From positions 1-30,435 of IMG/VR virus record IMGVR_UViG_3300021085_002364: a stretch of DNA of 30,435 nt. The stretch is one strand, 5' to 3'. The translations under genes were made by a program, and so were the position numbers. Under the pieces are notes generated by a model. That model ran no database searches, had not been told where the DNA came from, and saw only the letters and a list, made by a program, of their open reading frames with translations. How positions within the stretch are numbered: position 1 is the first letter of the stretch; each line of letters opens with the position of its first letter. Shown piece after piece: positions 1 through 9,366 of the stretch. The stretch is from a virus. Taxonomy: Duplodnaviria > Caudoviricetes.

Positions 1-24
1 GTAAGTGGTTATTAAGGATCAAAA

Positions 25-2418
25 ATGACTGAAAAGTATTATCAACTCGGCACACATAATGCAGAACAATTTAATGAATTACACGATTTATTATGCGAAA
101 CAACAGATAATATCGCTAATATTCCAAATAGAGAATGTACTTGTTTTGACCATAAAGTGCATTCACCTACTCGTGGAACTTTTATGCTTACAGACGAAGA
201 AGCAACTGCACTAAAAGCCGATAGTAGAATAAAATTTATTAACATTGACTATACATTATATCCCGATGATTACAAACCACCACCAGAAGAATTACAAGCA
301 TCTAGTGTTCCGCTTCTTAATAGATATCAAGGCACTGTAAAATTATACAGAGAACACGAAACTTCAGATACTTTACCAGCAACTCCTGATGCAACTGATG
401 TAAATAGAGCACCGTGGAGTTTAACACGTCATGCTCAAAAGCGTGACCCATGGGTAGAAAACGGTCAAGCAGACAATTATGTTTACGAATCTTCAATCAC
501 ACAATACGGTGACGGGTTAGATGTAGATGTAATTGTAGCCGACGATGGTGCAGGCTGGATGGGTCATCCTGAATTTCAAAACAACTGTACAGACAGCGTA
601 GCACCCGAAGGATATACTGGAGGTAATGTATTAGCAGGCAATGGTACTTGTGATATCTTAGATCTAATTTTAGATGGACCTTTATACTTAGATCCAGATT
701 ATTTTAATCCTACACCTGCAACTTTTAGTAGAGGCATTTTTGGCGCTCCGGGCGAATTAAGTAATTACACATTATACACTGGACAAGATCGTAATGGCAG
801 CGGTGGCGGACTTGATGCTCCTTTAAATATTTACGTAGGCGATACCTTAAGAATATCTAATACAAGTCCAGATGGAAATCATCCATTATATATTAAAACT
901 GCTCCAACTGCTGGTACAGACGATCTAGCGCCAAATACTACCGGGCAAGGTGCAATAAACAGCGGAACTGTTGTTTTTACACCAACCGAAGCAGGAACAT
1001 ATTATTATCAGTGTAGTACTCATGCAAATATGGGCGGAACTATTACCGTTGTACTTGGTGACAAAATCGAAGAACGCTGGGACGGAACTATTGTTCCAAA
1101 AGAGGCAAATGCAAGACTATGGTGGCAAAGTACTGCATACCGAAGTAGTGTGTTTAATACAAAGTTTCCAAATGCAGGCGCTACTACTCCTATGCCAAGC
1201 ACATATACACGTTCTAACTGTAATGGCAGTAATACTGCACAGAGTGCTGTAGGACAGCACTGTACGCCCTGTATGGCGCTTACATACGGTAGAACACAAG
1301 GATGGGCATACAACGCTAACAAATGGGCATTAAACTTATATGGTACATACGGTAGTGATATCGAAAGAGGCTTTGATGCACAAAAAATCTTTCACAACAC
1401 AAAACCAACTAATAGTAAGTACGGAACAAAGGATCCAACAGTAAGTTCAAACAGTTGGGGATATAGAGCAACCAAAGCAGGCGGCACTAATTACTATCAT
1501 TTCAGAGGCGCTGATCCTGTATCTTATACTTCCGAACCTACATTTATATCGCATATGGGAACACAAGGCGATGCCGGACGTTGGAAAAGTGAAATGAAAA
1601 CAAACTCACTTACTACAGCATTAGATGAACTTTGTGACAGCGGTGTTATATTTGTATGTGCTGCCGGTAATAGTAATCAAAAACAAGTAAATTGGGGTCA
1701 TCAAGACTTTGATAATTACATTGCAACCAATGCTACAGATACATTAGAAGAAAGTAGTTATAGTGAATTTAGTGTTGCAGTGACTGGTACAACCAATAGA
1801 CGTGGATTTCCACAACAAGGTGGTAAGACTGTTGACGGTGATACTGGCGAAGTTACTTATAAAACAATCAACATTGGTGCGCTAGACGACGACTATGCTA
1901 CTGGTAATAAAGAACGTAAGGTAGGTTATAGTGATAGAGGCGAAGGTATCGATGCATATTTTGCAGCAGATGGAATTCTAGCAGCAAATAGATCATACAC
2001 ATCAGAAGGTGTATATCCGGTGACATATCCTGGATTTACTGCTAATAGCGGTAGCGGTGCAGGTGTTCCAGAAGATTGTGCGTTTAGCGGAACAAGTGCT
2101 GCATGTCCTGTGGGTGCAGGATTTATTTCTACATTAATAGGATTAAATAGAAACTGGACACATACTGATGTAAAGAATTATCTTAGTAATTTAGATAACC
2201 AAACTGAAGAAGATTTTTACTATGGCACAGAATCTACAAGTGCAACTGATGCTAACTGGACTGACTATCCTAGTTTAGAAGGCGGACCGGCAAAAGTTGG
2301 ATATCAAGTAGCTATAACTCAAACTACAGCACCTAAGCGTGAAGCAAATATAGGCCCAGGTTTAAATATTGCAGGTATAAATCTTAACCGTATTGATAGG
2401 TTTGACAGAGGTCGTTAA
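25..2418 (+). CDS. S8 (subtilisin-like) serine peptidase with inserted cupredoxin/plastocyanin-like domain; probable phage virion-associated protein
   Basis: Subtilase motifs in order: VDVIVADDG (Asp), GQHCTPC (His), VCAAGN (oxyanion Asn), FSGTSAACP (Ser). Propeptide-like N-terminus (LTDEEATALKADSRIKFI). Insert NHPLYI...AGTYYYQCSTHANMGGTITV. SD-like AAGGA upstream. Confidence 0.85.
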   Translation: MTEKYYQLGTHNAEQFNELHDLLCETTDNIANIPNRECTCFDHKVHSPTRGTFMLTDEEATALKADSRIKFINIDYTLYPDDYKPPPEELQASSVPLLNRYQGTVKLYREHETSDTLPATPDATDVNRAPWSLTRHAQKRDPWVENGQADNYVYESSITQYGDGLDVDVIVADDGAGWMGHPEFQNNCTDSVAPEGYTGGNVLAGNGTCDILDLILDGPLYLDPDYFNPTPATFSRGIFGAPGELSNYTLYTGQDRNGSGGGLDAPLNIYVGDTLRISNTSPDGNHPLYIKTAPTAGTDDLAPNTTGQGAINSGTVVFTPTEAGTYYYQCSTHANMGGTITVVLGDKIEERWDGTIVPKEANARLWWQSTAYRSSVFNTKFPNAGATTPMPSTYTRSNCNGSNTAQSAVGQHCTPCMALTYGRTQGWAYNANKWALNLYGTYGSDIERGFDAQKIFHNTKPTNSKYGTKDPTVSSNSWGYRATKAGGTNYYHFRGADPVSYTSEPTFISHMGTQGDAGRWKSEMKTNSLTTALDELCDSGVIFVCAAGNSNQKQVNWGHQDFDNYIATNATDTLEESSYSEFSVAVTGTTNRRGFPQQGGKTVDGDTGEVTYKTINIGALDDDYATGNKERKVGYSDRGEGIDAYFAADGILAANRSYTSEGVYPVTYPGFTANSGSGAGVPEDCAFSGTSAACPVGAGFISTLIGLNRNWTHTDVKNYLSNLDNQTEEDFYYGTESTSATDANWTDYPSLEGGPAKVGYQVAITQTTAPKREANIGPGLNIAGINLNRIDRFDRGR

Positions 2419-3098
2419 ACAAGAGATATTTTTATAAAATTTAACCATTTAGAAATGCCCGACTGTATACAAACACTGTTGGGTATTTCTTTTTTTAACA
2501 AAGTTTTAAGATATTCAGTATTAACAATTGACCACATATCATTCCAGTTATTAGGAAGAATATCAACAATAGTATCATGATTTAAAATATAGTAGTAGTT
2601 GGTCTTTTGCATATTTTTAATAACATTGTCACTAATATAGATAGGTTTATATTGTTTTACGTTTTCAAAAAAATCCATATTTTGTGTATCTATATAGGTA
2701 AAATATAAAACTGCTCCGGTGCTTACTAAGTTCTTTATGCAATATACCATCTCTTCAATTGAATGATGAGTAAAGACACTATTTGCAAATACAATATCAT
2801 AATTAGGCAAAGATGGAAACGGTTCATTTAAATTACCATTTTGATTATATGCAGGATGCATTCTGTTCCAGTGTACACTTTTTACACCACTAGGCAACTG
2901 ATCTAATCCAGGACGACTTATATCTAAACAAGTATAATTTTCTTTTAGGATTTTGCCATTACTTCCTTTGATTAAGTTTCCGTGATTTCCACCAAAATCT
3001 AAAATAGTTTTGTCTTGATAATCTTCAACAAGACTATCAAACAATCCAAATGTATCAGACTTTGTTTTAAATACTTCTCTATCTAATTCAAGTGTCAA
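2415..3098 (-). CDS. Class I SAM-dependent methyltransferase
   Basis: Motif I ILDFGGNHG, acidic motif CLDIS, and YDIVFANSVFTH. TTG start overlaps the upstream gene's end. Confidence 0.8.
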   Translation of the reverse strand: MTLELDREVFKTKSDTFGLFDSLVEDYQDKTILDFGGNHGNLIKGSNGKILKENYTCLDISRPGLDQLPSGVKSVHWNRMHPAYNQNGNLNEPFPSLPNYDIVFANSVFTHHSIEEMVYCIKNLVSTGAVLYFTYIDTQNMDFFENVKQYKPIYISDNVIKNMQKTNYYYILNHDTIVDILPNNWNDMWSIVNTEYLKTLLKKEIPNSVCIQSGISKWLNFIKISLV

Positions 3099-3591
3099 TG
3101 TTAAATATATCTTCTTCTAAGCCGTTTATTCTTTCTAAAAAGTCAGCGTAATGTATTTCTTCATTCATACTTAATCTAAAAAATAATCTTTCATCTAGCG
3201 AATCAACTTGGTGAGTTTTGCTTACATTTAAAACAGCACATCTATAATTAAATTCGTGCGTATGTTCAAAAACAATAGGCGCAGTTCCTTGCAGTAGTAC
3301 ATTTATACAAACATTTGTTCCGTAATCTACATGTGGCTTTAAACTTGTATTTGCAACTTGTCTAACATATCTAGGTTTTACTTCGCATTTGATTTTTGCA
3401 GCTAAAGAATTTGCAATAATATTTGCATACTTGCAGTCTTCAACATCAGATAATCTTATTATATCTAAGTAATCTAAAGTCTTATCACCTGCAGAATACT
3501 TTCTTGCCTTATTTTCGTGTAAATAAAATTCTTCTTTTAATACTGCAAAAACATTATCTGCTATTGGTAAATGAGTTAAATATTTTTCCAT
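3088..3591 (-). CDS. Fe(II)/2-oxoglutarate-dependent oxygenase-like (cupin/DSBH) protein
   Basis: HxD in LKPHVDY, distal His in KTHQV, C-terminal ERLFFRLS (putative 2OG-binding Arg). Confidence 0.6.
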   Translation of the reverse strand: MEKYLTHLPIADNVFAVLKEEFYLHENKARKYSAGDKTLDYLDIIRLSDVEDCKYANIIANSLAAKIKCEVKPRYVRQVANTSLKPHVDYGTNVCINVLLQGTAPIVFEHTHEFNYRCAVLNVSKTHQVDSLDERLFFRLSMNEEIHYADFLERINGLEEDIFNIDT

Positions 3592-3604
3592 TGTACACCT
3601 TGTA

Positions 3605-3612
3605 TATAAATA
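3605..3612 (+). promoter_or_regulatory. T4-type late promoter (TATAAATA) for 3640..4221
   Basis: Exact TATAAATA in the 48-nt divergent intergenic gap, 27 nt before the ATG, followed by SD-like TAAGG. Confidence 0.7.
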
Positions 3613-3617
3613 TAGTG

Positions 3618-3625
3618 TATTTATT
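3618..3625 (-). promoter_or_regulatory. T4-type late promoter variant (AATAAATA) for the 3591->2415 gene pair
   Basis: Plus-strand TATTTATT reads AATAAATA on the minus strand, 26 nt before the ATG at 3591. SD-like AAGGT lies in between. Confidence 0.6.
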
Positions 3626-3639
3626 AATAAGGTAGTTTA

Positions 3640-4221
3640 ATGAAATATTTTCAAGATATCGATTTGCCAACATACAAAAACTTAGACAAAGAATTAAAAG
3701 ATTTAAATGTCAAGTGGTTTGAACATGCTAATCCTTTGCAGGCTGCACAAATTTGTTTAAATGCACCCAACGGATATACAGATGACCCAAGTTTTGGCTC
3801 TGGGTATTTTATAAATGTAAAAGATAATGCAGGCACATTTGTAAGATTTACAGACAAAGGCGAAGAACATATTCATTTATCTTCTGACAATTTGAAAAAC
3901 TGGCTTATTTGCGATGTATTTAAAAATACAGTGTTTGAAGAAATTTTTAATATGATTAACAAAGAGTATCGTGCAGCTAGAATACGTTTTATGAAATCAA
4001 AACCTAATACAGCCATGAACTGGCATAAAGATCCTATTCCAAGACTTCATTATCCTATACAAACACAGCAAGGTTGCCTTATGGTAATTGAAGATGAAGT
4101 ATATCATATGCCCTTAAACAAGTGGACAATAGCCCAAACACACAAAGGGTTTCATACTGCAATTAATTGTAGCAGAGAAGAACGTATACATCTTGTTGCT
4201 GATGTATTACCTAAGACCTAA
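3640..4221 (+). CDS. Aspartyl/asparaginyl beta-hydroxylase-like Fe(II)/2OG oxygenase
   Basis: RIRFM...MNWHKD (HxD)...RLHYPI...FHTAIN...ERIHLV, the typical AspH-like motif series. Confidence 0.75.
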   Translation: MKYFQDIDLPTYKNLDKELKDLNVKWFEHANPLQAAQICLNAPNGYTDDPSFGSGYFINVKDNAGTFVRFTDKGEEHIHLSSDNLKNWLICDVFKNTVFEEIFNMINKEYRAARIRFMKSKPNTAMNWHKDPIPRLHYPIQTQQGCLMVIEDEVYHMPLNKWTIAQTHKGFHTAINCSREERIHLVADVLPKT

Positions 4222-5715
4222 GAAAGATTCGACTTTTGAATAATAAGTTTTTTCCATGTAATCTCTTGAATACTGTATTATCTCATCATCATACAAAGAA
4301 TCGTAAGTTTTATTTCGTAATTCATCAAATGTAAAACCTAATGCTTGATAAAACATCAACATAAACGATGAAACTTTATAATCTACAAGAACACGGTTTT
4401 GTAGTTCACTTGCCAAAGATATAGCTTGATCGCTATCCCAATCTTTATTTTTCCATGTGTTGTCTTCATTGTTTACATCATACCCGTAGAATTCTGCATT
4501 TTGAGATAACACAGATGCAGTTCCTAGTTCTAAGGGACTAAAACTAAACGAATCAAACAAATCCTTTCTTTGAAACAAAATTTGTGTCCAATGTTGAATT
4601 GTTTGTTTAGTGTCTTTTGGTAGCCCAATGATAAAACTTCCAAATACACTTAGTTTATAATCGAATGCAATTTTTGATTGTTCTATAGTATCAAAGATTT
4701 TTTCTCTTGTACAACCTTTACCGATAGCTTTGGCTGCTTCTAAATTAAGAGACTCTACTCCTAAAAACCAAGCACAAACATTTATACGTCTTAACAAATC
4801 AATTTGTTCAGGAAAAGCAGCAACTAAGTCAATACGTATAAAAGCACTAAATTGTAAATCTTTTATTCCAGTTTCTTCAATTGCTTCTGCTACAATTTCT
4901 AATTTTTCAGTTTGTTCATTGAATGTATCGTCTATAATTACGTATTTGGTTGTTCCGTATAATTCGTAATTTAGCAACAACTCCTCTTTTATACGTTCTT
5001 TGCAACGTAAAAAACTTTTATCGCCTTTTTTCTTTCCAATTAAAGGATATGCACAAAACTTACATCTAAAAATACACCCACGACCAAACTCAATGCCCAT
5101 TGCGTCCTCTGGTCCCCAAAAATCTTCAGGAATATAATTGATTTCAGAGTTTCTAAAATCAAATAAGTCGCCTTTTGTATCATAATCAATAATGTGCGGA
5201 GTAGTGCCTAGCTCTTTGTTATAGTTTATTTCTTTATTTTCTCTTAAATCTCTTGTTAAGTCAATAGCAGGGACTTCAGCCATGCCTACAATGTAATAAT
5301 CTATACAATCTTTAACGTCTTCGGCACGTTTTGTATCCATTACACCACCGTAGACAGTTTTTACTCCTTTGGATCTTACATAGTCTGTAAGATCTTTTAT
5401 TGCTTCGTCTTCAATTGGCCATGTCCAAAGAATATTTTTACGGATAGTATCTCTTGAATGTTTTTTACGTACAACATCTTTTGCTTTACGCATATACAAC
5501 GACGAGCTAAATCCTGCCCATAAAGTATTTTCGCCTATTAATTTATCAAGGACTTGATTAATATTTCCTTTACGTATAAAATGAGTAAAATTATTTAATA
5601 CAAAGACACTATACCCTTCATTTCTTAAAGCTGAAGCAATCTTGTATGCACCTACTGCTCTTGCAACTTGAAATAGAGGATCTCCGCCTTCAGTAAAAAG
5701 TATTACATCGTACAT
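4207..5715 (-). CDS. Cobalamin (B12)-binding radical SAM enzyme (class B methyltransferase-like)
   Basis: N-terminal B12-binding-type region (VGAYKIASALRNEGYSV...VYGG), GRGCIFRCKFC (CxxxCxxC), IIDDTFN, LGVES, FIIGLP. Confidence 0.85.
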   Translation of the reverse strand: MYDVILFTEGGDPLFQVARAVGAYKIASALRNEGYSVFVLNNFTHFIRKGNINQVLDKLIGENTLWAGFSSSLYMRKAKDVVRKKHSRDTIRKNILWTWPIEDEAIKDLTDYVRSKGVKTVYGGVMDTKRAEDVKDCIDYYIVGMAEVPAIDLTRDLRENKEINYNKELGTTPHIIDYDTKGDLFDFRNSEINYIPEDFWGPEDAMGIEFGRGCIFRCKFCAYPLIGKKKGDKSFLRCKERIKEELLLNYELYGTTKYVIIDDTFNEQTEKLEIVAEAIEETGIKDLQFSAFIRIDLVAAFPEQIDLLRRINVCAWFLGVESLNLEAAKAIGKGCTREKIFDTIEQSKIAFDYKLSVFGSFIIGLPKDTKQTIQHWTQILFQRKDLFDSFSFSPLELGTASVLSQNAEFYGYDVNNEDNTWKNKDWDSDQAISLASELQNRVLVDYKVSSFMLMFYQALGFTFDELRNKTYDSLYDDEIIQYSRDYMEKTYYSKVESFLGLR

Positions 5716-5718
5716 GTA

Positions 5719-6486
5719 TTATCCTTTACGAGGCTTGTTAAAATCTACAGGAGTACCGTCTCGACCGGTATACCAAAGCCATCCGTTATCTTCTACAACT
5801 GTATCTTTGGTGTTATACCAATCGCTGTATACGCTATTATTACCCTTAACCCATAAACAATTACGGTCATCAACTTTGTATTTACAATTAAATATGTTTC
5901 CTAACACAGTTGATTTTTTTGGTGCTAGATTTTTTGCAGAATTTACATCAAACAAGTTTGTAAATTTATGCATTATTGCATTTACACCAATCTCTGTCAT
6001 TCCCCATATAGTAATAACAGTAGCACCGGTATTTACAAACGCCTCGATAATATCAAATGTGACTGGTTCAGAACCTATTAAAAAAGTTTTGTTTGTTAAA
6101 TCCAATTGTTGAAATCCTTTAGTAGCAATTACACCTTTGGCTTGCTTTGGCGTTAAGTGTGTATGCGTATATTTATCAGCTACTTTAACATATCTATATG
6201 GATTAAACTTTTCTAAATCTATTTTTGCACCTGCAAGTAAACCAGGTATAGTTTGTGCAAATAATCCGCCTGCTTTTTCTAAATTTAAACAAGTGTAAAT
6301 ATAACTTGAAGAATCTATATCTTGCGTGTTGCAAGCATATTTTGCATCTGCTAATATTTTAGTTGGTGTTTGAAAAATTTGTTTAGGCGGGCCGGATGTA
6401 CCAGATGAATATATATTAACACCATTTTGAATTATATTTTCAAAATACTTTTGATCAAAGTTGTCATAATGAGTGCAAACTGTCAA
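5719..6486 (-). CDS. Minimal AMP-binding (ANL/acyl-CoA synthetase-like) adenylation enzyme
   Basis: YSSGTSGPPK P-loop, GSEP, IWGMTE, WYNTKD and GR hinge. TTG start with AGGAG SD. Only 255 aa. Confidence 0.8.
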   Translation of the reverse strand: MTVCTHYDNFDQKYFENIIQNGVNIYSSGTSGPPKQIFQTPTKILADAKYACNTQDIDSSSYIYTCLNLEKAGGLFAQTIPGLLAGAKIDLEKFNPYRYVKVADKYTHTHLTPKQAKGVIATKGFQQLDLTNKTFLIGSEPVTFDIIEAFVNTGATVITIWGMTEIGVNAIMHKFTNLFDVNSAKNLAPKKSTVLGNIFNCKYKVDDRNCLWVKGNNSVYSDWYNTKDTVVEDNGWLWYTGRDGTPVDFNKPRKG

Positions 6487-7006
6487 TATTATTTCTCCTT
6501 TGCAAAACGTCTAAATAAACAGGAACATTTAATTTCCAAATGTTTTGCGGAATACCCATTACAGCATCTATTCCTTGATGCGAAACTAAATTACTTTTTT
6601 CTAAAACAAAATAAAGTTTATTCAATTTAAGCATTTTACCACTAGCATCATTATCCATATTAGTAGTAATATAAATGTTTTTATCTTTATACATATCAAT
6701 AACTAGAGGTAAATGATATTTAAACATCCAGCAATTCATATGATTACGACTTAAACCGCCCGGTATAGAATAAAGTTGTGCGCCTCTAAATAAAGCTCTT
6801 ACGCCGTTTCGCCAAGGATGAACTCCACTTATACCTACAATTTTTTCTTTATTGTATGTCACAAACCATTTGCCGCCAAGACCCAAACACCATGTAAATT
6901 TCATTGCTTTTAAAGAGTTATTATTGTTGTATCCTAACTTATCACAACTTTGCATAAACTCCTGCAAATCATCATTATCTGTTGTAATGGTATGTGTTAT
7001 GCTCAC
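6464..7006 (-). CDS. GNAT-like acyltransferase (paralogue of 28750..29343)
   Basis: WFVTYNKEKIVGISGVH beta-hairpin typical of GNAT. Shares GYxNNxSxKAM, KIVGxSxVH and IYITT/VYIST with 28750..29343. GTG start overlaps the P450 stop (GTGA). Confidence 0.55.
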   Translation of the reverse strand: MSITHTITTDNDDLQEFMQSCDKLGYNNNNSLKAMKFTWCLGLGGKWFVTYNKEKIVGISGVHPWRNGVRALFRGAQLYSIPGGLSRNHMNCWMFKYHLPLVIDMYKDKNIYITTNMDNDASGKMLKLNKLYFVLEKSNLVSHQGIDAVMGIPQNIWKLNVPVYLDVLQRRNNIDSLHSL

Positions 7007-8250
7007 GAAAATCTCATTTGTAAATCTTTATACACAGTAGTACTTCCAAACATAGCTGGTAATAATTCAGGTTCTTGCATAATTTCAAAATTATCAAATC
7101 TGTCTAATAGGCCATTTGTAATAATTTCTAAAAAATGCTTTACTAAAAAGTCACCTGTACAATGATGCGGTCCGTATGCAAGTGTGACAGGATTAGGCTC
7201 ATGATCTCTTTCTAATTTAAACTGTAATGGATCTTTGAAATATTTAGGATCTCGATTAGCGCCATAGGTATAAAGCAATATTCTTCCTCCCATGTCAAAT
7301 TTGTGTCCATGAAAATTTACATCTTCAGTTACATCTCGGATGCCGCCTTTGAGAGGAGCTAAACGAAGACTTTCTCTTGCAAAAGCCGGAACAAGAGATC
7401 TATCTTCTTTTACCTGCTTTACAATATCAGGATATTTACCAAAATTAAGCAATATGTTTTGATATAAACTTAATGAAAAAGTAGGAATAACTACAGTCCA
7501 CAATGACTGTATAAACATATATGCCATTAATTCAGGATTGTCATTATATTCTGTTTGCTTATCGTTTAGACTACGTGTCATATTAATCATAGTATCAGCA
7601 TCAGGATCAACATTATGATAATACTTAATTGCTTTGTCAACTATTTCTGCAAACATACTATAAAATTCTGTAGTTTCTGCTACAGGTCTATCGTAATCCC
7701 AGTCTGGATTAAAACTTGAGAATATATTTCCTGGTCTCATCCAATTGTGAAACCCTTTCTTAACTTCTTCCTCAGTGACATTGAGTATATGCCAAGGAAA
7801 TTCAATAGTTTCAATTTGATTGTCAGTCACAGATTTACCAATAACATCGTATGTTTTAAATGTTGTATTTTTTTCAATACTATCTAAATTCTTATATAAA
7901 TTATTTTTAAATATTTCAGTAAAATCATTAGCTCTACGTTTTATCCAATCAAGGCTATGTTTTTTAGCAAGAAAATGATGCGGGCCTTCTCTTAAAGTCA
8001 AAGCATATCCTGCTCGCCATATACCGCCCATCGGTGTTGGATCAAATGGTGCTGGACTTGTTTTAGCCAAACTAAAAACATCGTTCATCTTCGAAGCTTC
8101 TTTTAATTTATCCATACTGAATATAATCCAGTGTTTATATATAGGATGCCAAAAGAATCCACGTGGTTCGTTTTCAAAACAAAATGCAGCATGTTCGTCC
8201 ATATTATACAAAAATGCAGGGTTTACTATATCAAAATCATTCTTTCTCAT
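7003..8250 (-). CDS. Cytochrome P450
   Basis: ExxR (ARESLR), GANRDP, PxxF-like DPLQFKLER, heme motif LAYGPHHCTG. Start placed at ATG 8250 (AGGA SD) rather than 8283. Confidence 0.9.
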   Translation of the reverse strand: MRKNDFDIVNPAFLYNMDEHAAFCFENEPRGFFWHPIYKHWIIFSMDKLKEASKMNDVFSLAKTSPAPFDPTPMGGIWRAGYALTLREGPHHFLAKKHSLDWIKRRANDFTEIFKNNLYKNLDSIEKNTTFKTYDVIGKSVTDNQIETIEFPWHILNVTEEEVKKGFHNWMRPGNIFSSFNPDWDYDRPVAETTEFYSMFAEIVDKAIKYYHNVDPDADTMINMTRSLNDKQTEYNDNPELMAYMFIQSLWTVVIPTFSLSLYQNILLNFGKYPDIVKQVKEDRSLVPAFARESLRLAPLKGGIRDVTEDVNFHGHKFDMGGRILLYTYGANRDPKYFKDPLQFKLERDHEPNPVTLAYGPHHCTGDFLVKHFLEIITNGLLDRFDNFEIMQEPELLPAMFGSTTVYKDLQMRFS

Positions 8251-9361
8251 TTGAAATCCTTTTAGGTATTTTGCTATCAGCACTACTTACACAACTATCA
8301 GTCATACAAGGCATAGGCTTATCAAACAGTTTAAATCCTGTTTCAATATTACCTAATGGAACATCGTGACAGCTATAACTGCGCTTTACGCTTCCGTCTG
8401 GCTCACGTATAATAATACCTTGATATCCAGCGTTGCAACTCCAACCTTTAAACTTGTTGAAGTTAAAAGCATTAAAGCGTTCTGCTTGGTCCATGTACCA
8501 TGCTTTGCCGTCTTTGTCTCTAAATTCTACTTGAAAATGCCACGGCACACTAGCATCTGGCTTGTGCATAACATCTTTTGGTATTTCAAATTTAGGCTTT
8601 GGACGTTCTGCCCACTTGCGTTTACTTTCTGTGTATGCACGTTGTGGCATGCCATTGTGCAAACGTTTTAGGTCCTCCGGTTTGTATCCATCAACCACCC
8701 TACTAGCAGTAGGGTCTGATTGCGGCTTGAGGGTGACGTTGATTCCTTGCTCGTGGAAGAACAGGGCATTTTCCCAATCTCTTTCAAACCAGTCTGGAAC
8801 CATAACCATATTGATTGTAATTTGTACATCGTGCTCCTGACAGAAGATTAGTTTATCTGCAAAGTCCTGCATCTTCTCACGTGTATTTAAGTGTTCTGTG
8901 TGCAGACTTGCTGTAATGCTGGCACGATGAAATGGCTTGACTGCTTCTACATACTGCTCAAACCAGCGCATATTGCGACTACAGTTTGATGTCATGTGTA
9001 CACTGGTGTAGTTGGTGTTGTCTACGTCATCAGCCAAATGTTGTAGAATGTCCAAGTACCCAGGATGAAAAGTAGGCTCACCACCACTAAGACTAAAATG
9101 ATAACTATTAAATCCGTTTTCACGTGCTTGCCTCTTTATCTCATCTATGGTCCGTAAGCATAGTTCTGTAGGACGGTGATCTTTACGGTCACTGCGGGCA
9201 TAAGGCCAACAGTAGGAGCATTTGTAATTGCAGAATCTTCCGAGGAGCCAACTGACAGTGAATATATCACGATAGAGCAAAGTGCGCTGACCGACACTGA
9301 CAATATCGTCAAAAGGTATTTTAGTAAAGTCATAGTTACTCCATTTTAAATCTTCTGTCAT
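8237..9361 (-). CDS. Radical SAM enzyme with C-terminal auxiliary Cys (Twitch/SPASM-like) domain, type C (W-x-LG-R-x-CNY family)
   Basis: WLLGRFCNYKCSYC, SGGEPT, TSN, SLH; C-terminal FKGWSCNAG...SC...PCMTDSC. Confidence 0.9.
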   Translation of the reverse strand: MTEDLKWSNYDFTKIPFDDIVSVGQRTLLYRDIFTVSWLLGRFCNYKCSYCWPYARSDRKDHRPTELCLRTIDEIKRQARENGFNSYHFSLSGGEPTFHPGYLDILQHLADDVDNTNYTSVHMTSNCSRNMRWFEQYVEAVKPFHRASITASLHTEHLNTREKMQDFADKLIFCQEHDVQITINMVMVPDWFERDWENALFFHEQGINVTLKPQSDPTASRVVDGYKPEDLKRLHNGMPQRAYTESKRKWAERPKPKFEIPKDVMHKPDASVPWHFQVEFRDKDGKAWYMDQAERFNAFNFNKFKGWSCNAGYQGIIIREPDGSVKRSYSCHDVPLGNIETGFKLFDKPMPCMTDSCVSSADSKIPKRISNEKE

Positions 9362-9366
9362 AGTTT

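Noticed and set aside
5714-6112. 132-aa plus-strand ORF and the other short ORFs inside larger genes (e.g. 971..1252, 14661..15026, 20910..21266, 22995..23444, 29827..30204)
   Set aside because: They are antisense or out-of-frame shadows of motif-bearing genes, with no motifs or RBS of their own.
8251-8283. Upstream TTG start for the P450
   Set aside because: ATG 8250 has an AGGA SD and a shorter overlap with the upstream gene.
8237-9361. Viperin-like antiviral radical SAM (CNYKC resembles viperin CNYKCGFC)
   Set aside because: It lacks the viperin NYHFTR...CGFCFH context and has an auxiliary Cys tail shared with 13230..14366.
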